This document shows, in pieces, positions 62,773-64,000 of a DNA stretch of 64,000 nt. A program made the translations under genes and the position numbers. The stretch lies in NCBI GenBank assembly GCA_043228905.1, contig JBHGNT010000012.1, positions 6,200,001 through 6,264,000 of the forward strand, given 5' to 3'. The DNA is from Azolla caroliniana. Its lineage: Eukaryota > Plantae > Polypodiophyta. Numbering within the stretch: the stretch's first letter is position 1; every line of letters begins with the position of its first letter. A model generated the notes under the pieces. It was given only the letters and a program-made list of their open reading frames with translations. It was not told where the DNA came from and did not search any database.

Positions 62773-64000
62773 GTATGTATATATAAGCTGTTTTGAATTA
62801 TATACTTGCATACATGTACATATATAATATATATTAAAGTAACTTGATATTTATGCTTTTTATTTTAACAAGAAAAGGAGAAAAGAGTAGAAACCAAATA
62901 TAAACCTACAATATTCCAAATATATTTTCTGATTTCTTTACTTCCATGTATATTAAGATAATATTTACTTCCATGTATATTAAGATTTCTTGCTTTTGTT
63001 GTTACATTTTATGATACAGGTCCAATGTTGAAGATGGAAACGACATGAAATTTACAGCCTAAATGAACTTCTTAGGGTTTTCTTTTTATATACTTTGTCT
63101 TTATAAGGGTAACCTTTATTGCAATAAGTTTTTAAAGTAGATATTGCAATAACAAAATGATTTATTTTATTTCATTTTGATTTGGGTAAGAGTATGTGAA
63201 TAGATGATGTCTTACATTTCAAATGGAAATATGAAGTAGGTTGCCATTTGTTTGATCAATGTGTTTGAGAAAAAATAATATTATGACTTTATATGAGTCT
63301 ATATCCATGAAACCAAACATAATGTTAATTTGTTAGTAATTTCATTATTGATATGCATTTTGGATTGTTCCATATGTGCTCTTTGAGATGTATGTGTTAA
63401 GTTCAAGATTGTTTTATTGTAAATTACATTGTTTTTTATCACTCAATGTTCTTCATACGTCTCAATAAACTAAAAACAAAAACTTATATGTGGCTTGTAT
63501 ATGTTATACCTGTAGTGTTTTTGGGTAATGTTTCTTAATTGTGTGTACATTACTTTGTACTTTACACATTGTGTTTTCAATCTATGTGACACTTGATGAA
63601 GCATTTCTAGGAATTTGCATATGATGTTTAATGTCGATTCATAATTTTGCGAGTCATCAATTGTAAAGATGGTCATTGATCCCTTCTAGGATTGCAACCT
63701 ATATGTGCATGTATATTTTATATGTAAGGGTATTTAAAATGGGTGGTTATCAAAAAATATATTGGTAATAAGGGGTGTTTTTATTAATCTTTTTTCTACA
63801 CAAGGGTTACTAAAATAGTAAAAACCATACGTATAAGGGGTTTATAAATGATGTCATGAACGCATGTGATACAACCTTCTTATGTATAGTGGAGTCCCCG
63901 AGGTAGCATCCAACTAGCTAAGAACCCCGTCTTCCACGCCCGGACTAAGCACATTGAGGTGCACTACCATTTCGTCTGTGAGCGTGTCCTCTCTAGTGCA

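Larger units (their letters stand above)
32312..63902 (+). mobile_element. P-element-superfamily-like DNA transposon (~8.2 kb without nested inserts)
   Basis: TIRs CCCGGGGACTTCACT and AGTGGAGTCCCCGAG (15 bp, 2 mismatches). 8-bp TSD GCAGCATC (32304-11) / GTAGCATC (63903-10); a 6-bp reading is also possible. It splits the copia C RNase H. Transposase-like ORF at 60647-62772. Confidence 0.8.
26610..64000 (+). mobile_element. Ty1/copia element (copia C), interrupted by solo LTRs and by the 31.6-kb DNA transposon; 3' end lies beyond the window
   Basis: 5' LTR 26610-27050, PBS TGGTATCAGAGC 27051-62, decayed gag-pol 27132-32311. RNase H YYDNFSSI stops at 32311 and resumes [21 protein letters not shown] at 63911. 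Confidence 0.92.

Overview
Eukaryotic land-plant genomic DNA (spliceosomal introns, iMet/Trp-primed LTR retrotransposons; a non-seed plant is plausible but cannot be shown from this window). It holds one intact host gene, a 7-exon laccase (minus strand, 4011-10969). From about 16 kb to the end is a deeply nested transposon stack that can be reconstructed from TSDs: four Ty1/copia copies, a Gypsy element, a gag-only LTR element, three solo LTRs, a 31.6-kb P-element-like DNA transposon that splits a copia RNase H, and inside it a 9.2-kb Sola-like DNA transposon (51154-60366; 36-bp TIRs, AATA TSD). The Sola-like element is the most interesting feature. Divergently from its transposase it carries a multi-exon gene for a ParB/Srx-like domain fused to a bacterial-type beta-class amino-DNA methyltransferase (DIPY ... 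NP(Y)QKP ... LDLFSGTGTT). Upstream of the main exons lie nine 25-bp palindromes with an exact 51-bp period. This copy is degenerate (stops, frameshifts), but it defines a transposon-borne ParB-MTase plus palindrome-array module.
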